Source: Octopus sinensis
Lineage: Eukaryota
DNA length: 64,000 nucleotides
NCBI RefSeq assembly: GCF_006345805.1
Contig: NC_043006.1
Coordinates: 96,782,001 to 96,846,000, forward strand
Direction: 5' to 3'
A program made the position numbers and the translations under genes. The notes beneath the pieces are model-generated. The model did no database searches. It was given only the letters and a program-made list of their open reading frames with translations, and had not been told where the DNA came from. Shown here piece after piece: positions 40,961 to 52,052 of this stretch (the first letter of the stretch is position 1; each line of letters begins with the position of its first letter).

Positions 40961-41412
40961 GCTACCAGCTGATTGGTTCTCAGAAGTCGCAACAACAATA
41001 CTTTAGAACAAAAGGAGCGGAAATCCTAGAATCCCATATGGTTTGTTTATATGTATCAATATGTATATATATATGGGAGTGAATGAATAATATGGTATAT
41101 ATGAGGATATAGCTTATTTATCTCATTTACAATATTTAAATGTGCACATATGTATATATGTTAGTATATGTGTATATGTGTGCATTAATACACACACGCA
41201 CATATATATATATAAATTGTGAAGCATGACTGTCACCACTACTACATGAACCTGAAGATTGCAGAATTTAATGCATGAAAGTACTAGTTCAATCAGAATG
41301 AACATTTAACATTCTATTATTTTATTTTATTTTATTATATTATCTTATATCATTATAAGATTGTAAATAAAACGTAAAATATACAAGGTATAATTATTTA
41401 TAATATATATTA

Positions 41413-41451
<39 letters not shown>

Positions 41452-41894
41452 ATGCATATGCATATATATGTATATATGTAGGTGGGAGTGGGAGATGGAA
41501 ACAATAAAGCAATAAATTGTTTTTTATTGATATTATTTTGGTTTTGATGTATGTATAGAATATATTTTTCTATGAACCTACAGAGTTAGTTTCGTTTTTC
41601 TTTTGGTTTATAAATATCGATAAGTATATGTATGTCGGTAAATGATAATAGGTATATATGTAGATATAGGGTATTGATCTTATTTAATTTGTTGTTTGTG
41701 TGGGGCATTTCGTTTGTATTGTATTGCTTTGTTTTTATTGTATGTATATATTTAAATGGATTTTCGTTGACCGTATCGAGTTGGTTTTGTTTTTCGTTTT
41801 ATTTCTATAAATGGAAAATATTTATCTACCCTGCATTCTAATAGTTATATTCATAACATTTAGATTTGAATAATTAACCTATAAAATAAGGCTT

Positions 41895-42835
41895 TAACAT
41901 AAATAGATGCATGTGTGTATAAATTGTAGATGTATGAAAATTGTAAACCCTACTATATTAAATAGCACCTTGATATTTGCTAAGAAATATACATCTATTA
42001 GCACGAAGAAAATCAATGTAATTTTAACAACCTGCACATCAGTTATAAATTTCGATATTTCTATGGGAGTGCCAGATTCCGTGCAAATAACTGACGTAGT
42101 AGGAGTATATCTAGCGGCAAATATATACAAGACGAATTGCCAGAGCTAATGGGTGAGACTTTATAGAGACGATGCACTATTTATAGTTAAGAATACATCT
42201 AATAGACACCTAGAACTCACAAAGAAACGATCATTTAAATTTTTCAAAAGATTTGGTCTATCTATGACTATAGAAGAATATAATTCAATTAATTACATAG
42301 ATATGAATTATAATTTATCATCTAGAATACATGAACCATATATGAAACTAAATTATAAATTAAAATATATGAATTATCAAAGGAATCACCCACCTTCAAT
42401 GAAAAAGCATTAGTATATAATATTTATCTTATAATGAAGATATATTTAATAGACATAAAGACCAATATGATTTGGCTTTAACAAAAACAGGATATAAGAA
42501 AAATTACAATATATTCAAGATAATAATATTATAAATAAATAGAAACGTAATATAAAACTAATGATAATTATAAAAATCATAGATACATAAAGAAAGCGGA
42601 TAAAATTTAAAATTATACCCAGTTAATGAATAAAAATAATTTTAGAGGTTTCAATAATAATAAAGTAGATACTAATAAGATAATATGGCTTATAATTACA
42701 TATGCCATAAAATAAAAACTAATTTGGTAAAATGTATTTATAGGCTAATTAATGGGCATTTCAATATAAATAATAAATATTATTACATTATTAACAATAA
42801 AACATTGGATTTATTTTATTCAAATAGAGAATGTG
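41895..42835 (+). mobile_element. Decayed Penelope-like element RT (YRDD type)
   Basis: FDISMGVPDSVQITDVVGVY, RLYRDDALFIVKN, NHPPS, KIKTNLVK..LINGHF..INNKTLDLFYS. Confidence 0.7.
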
Positions 42836-43396
42836 TTAATCATAACTACCCTAATGCCAGTATCGATAAATATATGTAGTGAATAATTGAATAATGGGGT
42901 ATATATGTAGATATAGTGTATTTATCTTTAATCAGGTTGTTTTGGCTCGTTGTAAGCATGTGAGATATTTCGTTTCTATTTATAGAAATTTGACCATTCT
43001 TAGTATTCTTCCCCTCTGTTTTGTAGTTTACTACTTATTTTAGAAACCCGCTACTATACCGTTTCCTGTACCCATCCGTTAATGCCATTCTAACATATCA
43101 CCTTATCTCACACACCTCACACGTATACACTACTTACATTATTATCTCTTCCTACCCCTCCCCTACTCCTCTCCCACCCCCCCTCTTAATATATTGACCA
43201 CCAACTAACACCTTTTTCATTTTTCTCACTTCCTTACATTTCTTATTTTCTCTTCTTGCTTTCCTTCTTCTTTTCTCACCTTTTCTTTTGACCTCTCTGT
43301 TCATTGAAACATACACACCTCTTCTCCTCTCTTTATCCACTTAATATTATCGTTACATTCTCAAATTTTCATTTACACCTCAAGACCCCTTTGAAT

Positions 43397-43922
43397 GACA
43401 TCGCTTAAATGGCAGCCATTTTCGGCTTCACACGCTCTTGCTCTTTCCAAAACTTGCACCATAACACCCTCAAGAGTTTCAGACCCCACTTCTCTGATTT
43501 ACCTATTGATGTTCTCCATCAGTTACACCAGGGTCCCCGGTTTGTTGAATCAAACTCTCTCTTTCAGGTATCGCTACAAGAAAAACTCCGCGCTAGTCAA
43601 GCCTGGGAGCGTGAAGGCCAGTTGACGTTTCCGTAGTAGAAGATTATTCTCTCTCCAAAGCATCGCCGTAGCAACTGCATTGTTTCTCTTGCGGTATGAG
43701 CAATTACCATCTTGCTGGAAACATGTGTGAGATCTACTTTGACTGGCGGAGCGCAAAAAGGTCTCAATCATGGATACCAGAAAGATTCTGGTGCAACAGA
43801 AGGACAACATCAATAGAGAAATTAGAGAAGTTGGGTCTGAAACTCTTGAGGCTGTTATGGTATAAGGTTTGGAAAGAGCACTAGCGAGCGAAGCCGAAAA
43901 TGGCTGACAGCTAAGCGATGTC
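43397..43922. mobile_element. Non-autonomous long-TIR DNA element, MULE-like
   Basis: ~135-bp inverted arms starting gacatcgctta; 9-bp flanks cctttgaat (43388-43396) and ccttttcat (43923-43931), 7/9 identical. Confidence 0.75.
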
Positions 43923-43959
43923 CCTTTTCATGTGATACAGTGATCTTGCAACTACTAAT

Positions 43960-44140
43960 TGTGGTGGTCCTCTCAGGCATGCCCTCCGCTGTAAAGTCAA
44001 TCAATCTGACCATTTATTCTGACGACACAAAAGTATCGCAGGCAGTTGAGAACCCAGGAGCATCATAAAACTACAGAAAGACCTGAATGAAATCTACAAA
44101 AGGGCTAACAAAAATAACATGCAGTTCAATGCTACAAAAT
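43960..44140 (+). mobile_element. Short CR1/L2-type RT fragment
   Basis: LTIYSDDTKVSQAVEN..LQKDLNEIYKRANKNNMQFNATK. Confidence 0.75.
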
Positions 44141-44149
44141 AATATATAT

Positions 44150-45036
44150 ATTATGAGAAAATCTGTAAATCTTCGCGGGATATCTCCAAGGTCCGTTGTT
44201 ACTTTTACACTGTTGGGGGACCATAGCTGGGAGCTGCGGACGAATGTCCTCCAGAGGACTATTGTGGTTTTCTTTTCTCTGGTTCTGAAGGTTCTCAGGT
44301 TCAACCCAGCCAGCCGTCTTTATCACTATCTTGGTAATGTCCACTTGGAAAGAGGCATCATCATTCATGTCGATGTTGAGGTCCCGCACTGATTTAGGTT
44401 CTGGGATCGTAATCCCCCGTGGGCCGATATATCCTGTAAGTCTTACGTTCAGTTTTGAGTACTGGTAGCCCAGGGCTTGGAATTTTCCAGCATTAAACTG
44501 CATATTATTGTCCTCAGCTCATCTCCTGCTGCAGATTTGCAACATTGCTAGTATTTTGTATTTTCTGCAAGACTTTAGTATCGTCTGCGTAGCTAGCAAG
44601 GGTGGCTATCCAGGCAGCTGAGGACATATCTGAGACGGCCACTATGAAAAGCAGTGGTCCTAAGACAGTGCCTTATGGGACATCACTCACAATATGTGCT
44701 TTCTTTGAGTTGGCTTCATTAGCCATCACTGCCTGACTTCTCTCATTCAGAAAGTCATGTTACCACTCTCCAAGTCTTCCAGCTATGCCGAAATCACACA
44801 ATTGTGAAATATCATACCATCATCAACATTATCAAAAGCTTTCGGAAAGTCAAGGTATATTACGCCCACATTTGAAATGTCGAGTAATTGTCCCAACACC
44901 GTCATAGTTCTGTAGAAGCTGGGTTGGGTAGCTCCTATCTCGTCGAATATCATGATGGGTATCACTCAAAAAGTTGTTTTCTTCAAGGAATGCGATTTGT
45001 TTTATATATAGATATATATATCGTGGAATTATGTTG
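44150..45036 (-). mobile_element. CR1/L2-type LINE RT fragment
   Basis: AFLEENNFLSDTHHDIRRDRSYPTQLL, VIYLDFPKAFDNVD, GTVLGPLLFIV, YADDTKV, MQFNAGKFQAL. Confidence 0.85.
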
Positions 45037-45402
45037 TTTACGACGATGAGGATTCCATTTGATCTGATCAACGGAACAGACTGTTCGTTAAATTAACGTG
45101 CAAGTGGCTGAGCAGTCCACAGACACGTGTACCCTTATCGGAGTTCTCGGGGAGAGTCAGCGTGATAGAGTGTCACAAGGCTGGCCCTTTGAAATACTGG
45201 GTCAACAGAATCAGGAAGGAAAAGTGAGAGAAAGCTGTGGTGAAAGACTACAGCAGGGTTCGCCATCACCGCCTGCTGGAGCTTGGTGGAGCTTTAGGCG
45301 TTTCCGCTCAATAAAAACTCACAACGCCCGGTCTAGGAAACGAAACTGCGGTCGTACGACTGCGAGTCCGCTGCCCTAACCACTGGGCCATTGCGCCTCC
45401 AC
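45037..45402 (-). mobile_element. SINE family C, full length
   Basis: Reverse complement collinear with 20930-21315. Confidence 0.88.
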
Positions 45403-45409
45403 GCCATGA

Positions 45410-45590
45410 TAAATCACTTTCCACTAAACCCTTTTCTGCTTTCTCTCTCTATTTATTTCTGTGTTTCTTTCTGTCGAAAAACGTAGGCTCGAAACGTAAA
45501 AGACTTTCTCACTTCCCGAGCGTTAAACTAATACATCGGTTTGTTGTTTACGCACTCTTCTTCGTCCTTTTTTTGTAAATTCTCACTATA
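45410..45590 (+). mobile_element. Terminal repeat of a probable Penelope-like element, ending in (TA)n
   Basis: Contains gctcgaaacgta motif; 3' part matches the reverse complement of 39655-39735. Confidence 0.6.
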
Positions 45591-45611
45591 TATATATATA
45601 TGTATATATAT

Positions 45612-46840
45612 ATTCGATACAGTTTACTATCGACAAAAATGTGGAATTGCAATGGGAACCCGAGCTGCTCCAGTGATTGCAAACCTTGTAATGGGTTACC
45701 TAGAACTTACGTTATACTAATCAGCACTAGAAAAATATGGCACCTCATTTCATTGCTATTTAAAGGAGGACTGGAAGAGGTATTTGGACGATTGTTTTAT
45801 ACTTTCGAAAGACAGCATGGACAAACTCCTCAATTTCAAAATAATGCCTAACAATATTAATAGCAACATACAATTCACCTTGGAACACAACAGTAAACAA
45901 CTCCCTTTTCTTGACATCCTAATTAGAATAGTTAACAACCACATCGAAACAGATACCTTTTATAAAACCACAGATTCTAAACAATACCTATTATTTAACT
46001 CATGCCACTCCAAACACATAAAAATTAACATACCTTTTAATCTAGCGAAAAGAATATGTACCATAGTTCGGATACCTATACTCGTGAACAAAGACTCCTT
46101 GAACTTAGATCAACACTAATTAAAAGACATTACCCAATATTATTAATAAATGATGGCATTAAACGAGCTAAGGAAATAGATATAGAAACATTAAGGGAAG
46201 CCAGCCGAAATACTAAACCAGACTTAAAAATACTCCAGTACATTTCCACACATAACCCTAGAAACAACGAAGCCTTCAACATTATCACCCAAAATATTCC
46301 CATCCTCACAGGAGATAAAACAATGAACAAAGTTTTAAGCTCATACAGAATTATAAAAAGCAAAATACAACCGAAATCACTGAAAAAAATATTAACTAGC
46401 GCAAGATTATATCCATTAACAACAGAGCCAAAAGTGAAAAAATGTGGTCGACCTAACTGTGGAACATGCCCCCACCTTTTGGAGGGTTCAGAATTCCACT
46501 TTAAACAAGGTGAAATATTTAAGATCAAATCAAATTTCCCCTGTCCCTCGGAAAATCTAATCTATGCCATGACATGCTTCGGATGTGGTAACAACTATAT
46601 TGGCCAAACAGGAATATCACTCCGTTGAAGAACGACTATCCACAAAAAAACAAATCTGCCACCCACACTACAGGCAGTTACAGGTAAGTTAACACATAGA
46701 AAGGTGTACTAAATCCTAATTTCCAAATTTTCCCCTTCTATCAATGTTCACAGAACACCACAGTGCAACAAAGAATGGATAAAAAGGCAACTTTCATGAA
46801 CACTTAGTGTAATACAGAACAGTACCAACCTTTCAATTAA
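45612..46840 (+). mobile_element. 5'-truncated Neptune-type Penelope-like element (RT + Cys linker + GIY-YIG)
   Basis: GIAMGTRAAPVIANLVMGYLE, WKRYLDDCFIL, LPFLDILI, FNSCHSKH, linker CGRPNCGTCPH, NLIYAMTCFGCGNNYIGQTG; stops and frameshifts. Confidence 0.9.
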
Positions 46841-46992
46841 TACCACTAACTCCCATACATCCCTTACACCATTCACAATACAATTCTATATCTAACCTAA
46901 TTGCACCAAATCCATAACTACTTACCTCCCTTACAAATAATCTTTTTTCTCGGGAACTATTAGACCTGACACCGTTCATTAATCGGTGTGCA

Positions 46993-47035
46993 TTCAAAGC
47001 AATGATTAGTAACTTACGAAACCGGTATGCTTGAA
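46993..47035 (+). ncRNA. Degenerate minimal type I hammerhead-like motif
   Basis: aagca / ATGATTA (2 mismatches to CTGATGA) / gtaa-c-ttac / GAAA / palindrome accggt / A / tgctt. Confidence 0.5.
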
Positions 47036-47521
47036 TCTGTTTAATAATTTCACAATAATGACTTTTATTACTTATATTCCTACCTCAGTTCATCTTTTGA
47101 TACTTTTCATCGAAAGCCTCTACTTTTCTTGATTTACAATGTGCATTTTCGTTTATTATTCTTACATTCCCCTTACATTACCACGTGTAGTTTCTATTTT
47201 CTTTTTGTAACATATTTGTAACATATATATATATATATTATATATATATATATATATTATATATATATAATATATGTGTATATATATATATACACATATA
47301 TATACACTCTTCTGTGAGTATATAATCCCTCATCATATCTATGGAAATTCATATGGATTAGGTCACTTCTCTGTGATGCTATCAAAACTTTTTTAAAATT
47401 CTGTGATAAGACTGTACATCATCTTTAAAGAACTTTAATGAACTTTAGAAATCTGTTTAATTATCTACATTACTTCATGAGTATAGCCTCAACACTAGGA
47501 TGTCTAGAGAACTTACATGTA

Positions 47522-47612
47522 TTTTAGCTGATGAGTACGGGACTCGTTTATATGCTGTAATCTTTGCAACTTTTAATAAAACCTGTCCTTGTATGAAACG
47601 ATCGTACTAAAA
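47522..47612 (+). ncRNA. Type I hammerhead ribozyme candidate
   Basis: Stem I ttttag:ctaaaa; core CTGATGA 47528-47534; stem II gtacgggac:gtccttgtat; GAAA 47595-47598; palindromic stem III acgatcgt; GUA cleavage triplet ending 47606. Confidence 0.72.
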
Positions 47613-47760
47613 CCTATCCATTCTTGTTGCTTCTTTCTCGCTTATAACACCCCACATTACTGTATTGTTAAATCAGTATAGTTTTTTTTGGTGCATCTAA
47701 GTTAGGTACCATATTCAAGTAAATTTTTTAAATTAACTTGAATCTTTATTGCTCTTTGAA

Positions 47761-47801
<41 letters not shown>

Positions 47802-47824
47802 TATATTATATTATATATATATAT

Positions 47825-48232
47825 ACTCTTTTACTCTTTTACTCGTTTCAGCAATGCAGCTGCGGTCATGCTGGGGCACCTTTCCGACTTATTCAGTCTG
47901 GGTATTTTATATCACCTCTCCTAGTACCTAACTTTAGCATTGAGTGTTATACAAATGCCCTTGTCCCAGCTATTGGTACATTTGGTGTATAAGGGGGTTT
48001 GATCTCATCTGCACCTCATGTCGGGCTGTTGGTCCATCCGGTATTTTGGAGCGGAGGATGACTAGTTCCTTTTTGAGGACATCTACTTCCACCTTATGCA
48101 GATTACTTAATTTTTGTGGGACGGCATTGAAGAGCTGTGGGCTTTTGAAGCCTAGACTGTTGCAGTACCTGCTCCTAAACTGAGATGGAGTGGATGGTAT
48201 CATTCGTACAATACAATGTCTGACATTTCTGA
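47825..48232 (-). mobile_element. 3' end of a CR1-type LINE
   Basis: RHCIVRMIPS..YCNSLGFKSPQLFNAVPQKL..VEVDVLKKEL..PDGP; ends in ggtgccccagcatgaccgcagc..ctgaaacgagtaaaagag. Confidence 0.85.
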
Positions 48233-48269
48233 CATTTGTATAACACTCAATGCTAAAGTTAGGTACTAG
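47921..48269. repeat. Perfect 37-bp inverted repeat pair (47921-47957 / 48233-48269)
   Basis: ctagtacctaactttagcattgagtgttatacaaatg is the exact reverse complement of catttgtataacactcaatgctaaagttaggtactag. Confidence 0.95.
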
Positions 48270-48475
48270 CACTTCTAAGATTTCCCGTATGTATATTATT
48301 GCATATCGTTAAAGCCTTCGCTCCAGACAGATAGATAGAGAGATAGATAGATATACATAGATATATATATGAATATATAAATGCATATACAAACACACAC
48401 ACATATATACATATATATATATATACATATATATAGATATATAGATATATATATATACATATACATAGCTATATA

Positions 48476-48652
48476 TACTCTTTACTCTTTTACTTGCTTC
48501 AGTCAGCTGACTGCGGCAATGCTGGAGCATCACCTTTAGTCGGCCCGAGGCTATAGTAGAAGACACTTACCCAAGGTCCCACACAGTGGGACTGAACCCG
48601 GAACCATGTGGCTGGCAAGCAAGCTACTTACCACACAGCCACTCCTGCATCT
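48476..48652 (-). mobile_element. SINE family A, short deletion derivative
   Basis: cctttagtcg|gcccgaggctatag joins tail to head at a shared gtcg. Confidence 0.85.
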
Positions 48653-48669
48653 ATATGCATATATATATA

Positions 48670-48726
<57 letters not shown>

Positions 48727-48729
<3 letters not shown>

Positions 48730-49142
48730 CTCTTTACTCTTTTACTCTTTTACTTGTTTCAGTCATTTGACTGCGGCCATGCTGGAGCACCGCCTTTAGT
48801 CGAGCAAATCAACCCCGGGACTTATTCTTTGTAAGCCCAGTACTTATTCTATCGGTCTCTTTTGCCGAACCGCTAAGTGACGGGGACATAAACACACCAG
48901 CATCGGTTGTGAAGCAATGCTAGGGGGGACAAACACAGACACACAAACACACATGCGCATATATATATATATATACATATATACGACAGGCTTCTTTCAG
49001 TTTCCGTCTACCAAATCCCCTCACAAAGCTTTGGTCGGCCCGAGGCTATAGTAGAAGACACTACCCCAAGGTGCCACACAGTGGGACCGAACCCAGAACC
49101 ATGTGGTTGGTAAGCAAGCTACTTACCACACAGCCACTCCTA
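48727..49142 (-). mobile_element. SINE family A, full length, well preserved
   Basis: Near-identical to 8558-8953 and 11425-11836. Confidence 0.92.
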
Positions 49143-50085
49143 TAAATATATATTTGAAAATGAATAGAATAACTTCACTGATAGTTCTAATCAATTTAAT
49201 TTTCTAATGAAACCGGAAAATTATGTTATGAGAGAATCAATTGATTAGAACTTCCGGTTTACATTTCGAAATAACTTTACCCAGGATTTCACTTACTCAA
49301 CCCTCCTCCCCACATATATATGCATCTACATACATATACATATATATACATATATATATGCATATATACATATATATATGTGTATACATATATATATACA
49401 TATATACATATTCACATATATATACATATACACATATATATACATATACATGTATATTATATACTTATATATACACACATACATGCATACGCGCACGCTC
49501 ACACACACACACGCACACATACATACGGACACATACATACGGACACACTTACACACACACACACACACACACACATATGTATGTATGTATATATTGAGAA
49601 AAGAAAAAAAACTCCAGAAAGAGCAAAACAAGACTACCGGTAAGGGATTAACATGGAGTTCGATCTATTTTCACCATACCTACGTTGAGCAGGGATTTGC
49701 GTTGGTCGCGTAACAATTCTATAAAATATTTCATGCTAATCTTTTACTAATTGTTTCTCTACTTTCCCAGTTGTGTGGGTCGGTACCACTTGCAGCCAAC
49801 GTCTGGTAACACAGCATATGTTTTTAATCCTCTACGATACGGTATCGAATTCACTTTTTTAAACTATATTTTTGTAATCTTTATTTTCTAGTTGTTTTAA
49901 TTTTTTTTTAGTTTCCTTCTATTTGACTTATGTGTATGTGTCGTGTATTTGTATGTGTACATATATATAAATGTGAATGTGCTTGTGTGTGTATATACAT
50001 GTATATATATATATATATTTATATACATGTATATACATATATGTATGCAGAATATATTTACATATATACATATATGTGTGTATGC

Positions 50086-50120
<35 letters not shown>

Positions 50121-50904
50121 TGCATACGTTTATAAATGCATGCATGCTTTCATATATGCATGCTTACATACGCATGCAAGTTTTCATTTGATAGTGACAT
50201 CGAAGTTTGAAATAAGTGGGCTCCATCAGACTGTCGAATACATCTGAGTCGAAACTTCTAAGTGACTATTAAATTCTTTTTCTTTTTAAAAAATTCGATG
50301 TGATGCTATTAAATAAATGTGTAGCAAACATTTATATATATTTTTGGTTTTACACATCCTTTTAGAACGATAAAACCTGTAGCATAGTCACAAGATCATA
50401 TCAAGACCGAAGTGCATCCTTAGATTTTTATCTTCTCTGAAGTATACATGAGATTGTCTTTCTTCCACCAAATATGTTCGTTCTTAATTTCTTCGAATAA
50501 TTTATCCTTTCCATTCAGATTTGCTAAAAATTGCCTTTAAGATTTCTTTATTCTACTCTACAAAATTTTGATAAATTAAGAACCTCTTATATAGTATTTG
50601 TTTTACGCCTTGGCGTTTTTGTAATCTAAGTCCACGAAACTGGCTTGTTTGAGTTATTTATTCATACCTTCTTTTATTTTAAATTACTTAAATTATCCTT
50701 GAGCAAAGATGAACTAAACCACGGATCACCAGCCGACGGGCCGGAAGTACTGAGCCGTTTGGAACCGTTTGGTTTCCGGCTGCACAGAAAGAATGAATTT
50801 GAATACAGTAGTCTGCGTGGTGGCTTTAAATTATATATCTTTTATATATGTAATATATACGTAGTATATTTGTAATATATTTGTAATTGAGTGTCGTACA
50901 TACG

Positions 50905-51290
50905 CCAGAACTGGACGCCATTGTAATGTACCAAATGTGCCATCCACTTCGTCTACATTCAGGACCAAATACTGCATAGCCTAGGGTTCAACGGCCCATA
51001 GCTCTTCAATGCCCTGCCAAAAAAATAAGAAAGCTGCAAAGGTGGAAGTAGATGTCTTCAAAAAGGAACTAAACATCCTCCTCTCCACAATGCCGAATGA
51101 ACCAACAGCCCGACATGAGTAACAGATCAGAGTAGTGGAATCAAACGCCCTTATATACCAAATGAGCCACAAATGAGCGACAAAGGCACATACAGGAATG
51201 GTAATGTGAAACATTCAGACAGAGGAAGAACACGGTGGTGCTCCAGCATGACCACAATCGCACAGCTGAAACGAGAAGATTAAAAGAATA
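50905..51290 (+). mobile_element. 3' end of a CR1-type LINE (same family as 47825-48232)
   Basis: gctcttcaatgcc..ggtggaagtagatgtc.tcaaaaaggaacta..ccaacagcccgacatgag shared; ends ggtgctccagcatgacc..ctgaaacgag. Confidence 0.85.
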
Positions 51291-51299
51291 TGTTATGCA

Positions 51300-51547
51300 T
51301 TGGGTTGGGGCATAATTACTGAGGTTTTTTTCTTTCAACAAATTATATTCAACAAAAAACAATAACAATATTTAACAAAAACTTCTTTAAATGATGGTCT
51401 GACCGTCTGCCAAGCAAATGGGAAGCAGTAATTGAAGTAGATGGTGAATATGCTCCGGAATAATCATTTATAGATGTTTTTGTTACATGTTGTTATTGTT
51501 TTTCTTGAATAAAATTTGTTGAAAAAAAGCCGCCATAATTATCCAAT
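51300..51547 (+). mobile_element. Mariner-derived palindromic MITE, sibling of 8198-8435
   Basis: Same 65-bp core ctgaccgtctgccaagcaaatgggaagcag..ccggaataa; arms are reverse complements. Confidence 0.85.
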
Positions 51548-52012
51548 ACTTTATTGTATTTTGCTATGCGCATGATCCCACGGTCTGTACTGCATAAAAC
51601 ATGGGGACTTCTGAACTAAACTGTTTCAAAATATGTTATATTCCCTATATCTTTTTGTTGATAAGGATTATACAATGTGGATGAAACAAAATTGGCTTCG
51701 AAATCCAGGCATAGCTGTCTCTCACCGTAACTAAGATAAAATAATTTTTTTCTTGATATGTTAATTCAACTATGACATTCTTAATTTCTTCAAATTATCT
51801 CCTCTTTACATTCATAGTTGCTAATCATTATCACTAATTTTTCGTTTTCCATCTCTGTCTTCGAGAGAAATTTTTTTTAAATATTCATTGTTTACGGTAG
51901 GTAGAATTTTTCCTAACGTCTTTTTAGTCCGTATACATGGCAGTGAATACTTAGATTTATTTTCTTGTAGTTCTTACACACACACACACACACGCACGCA
52001 CACACACACACA

Positions 52013-52052
<40 letters not shown>

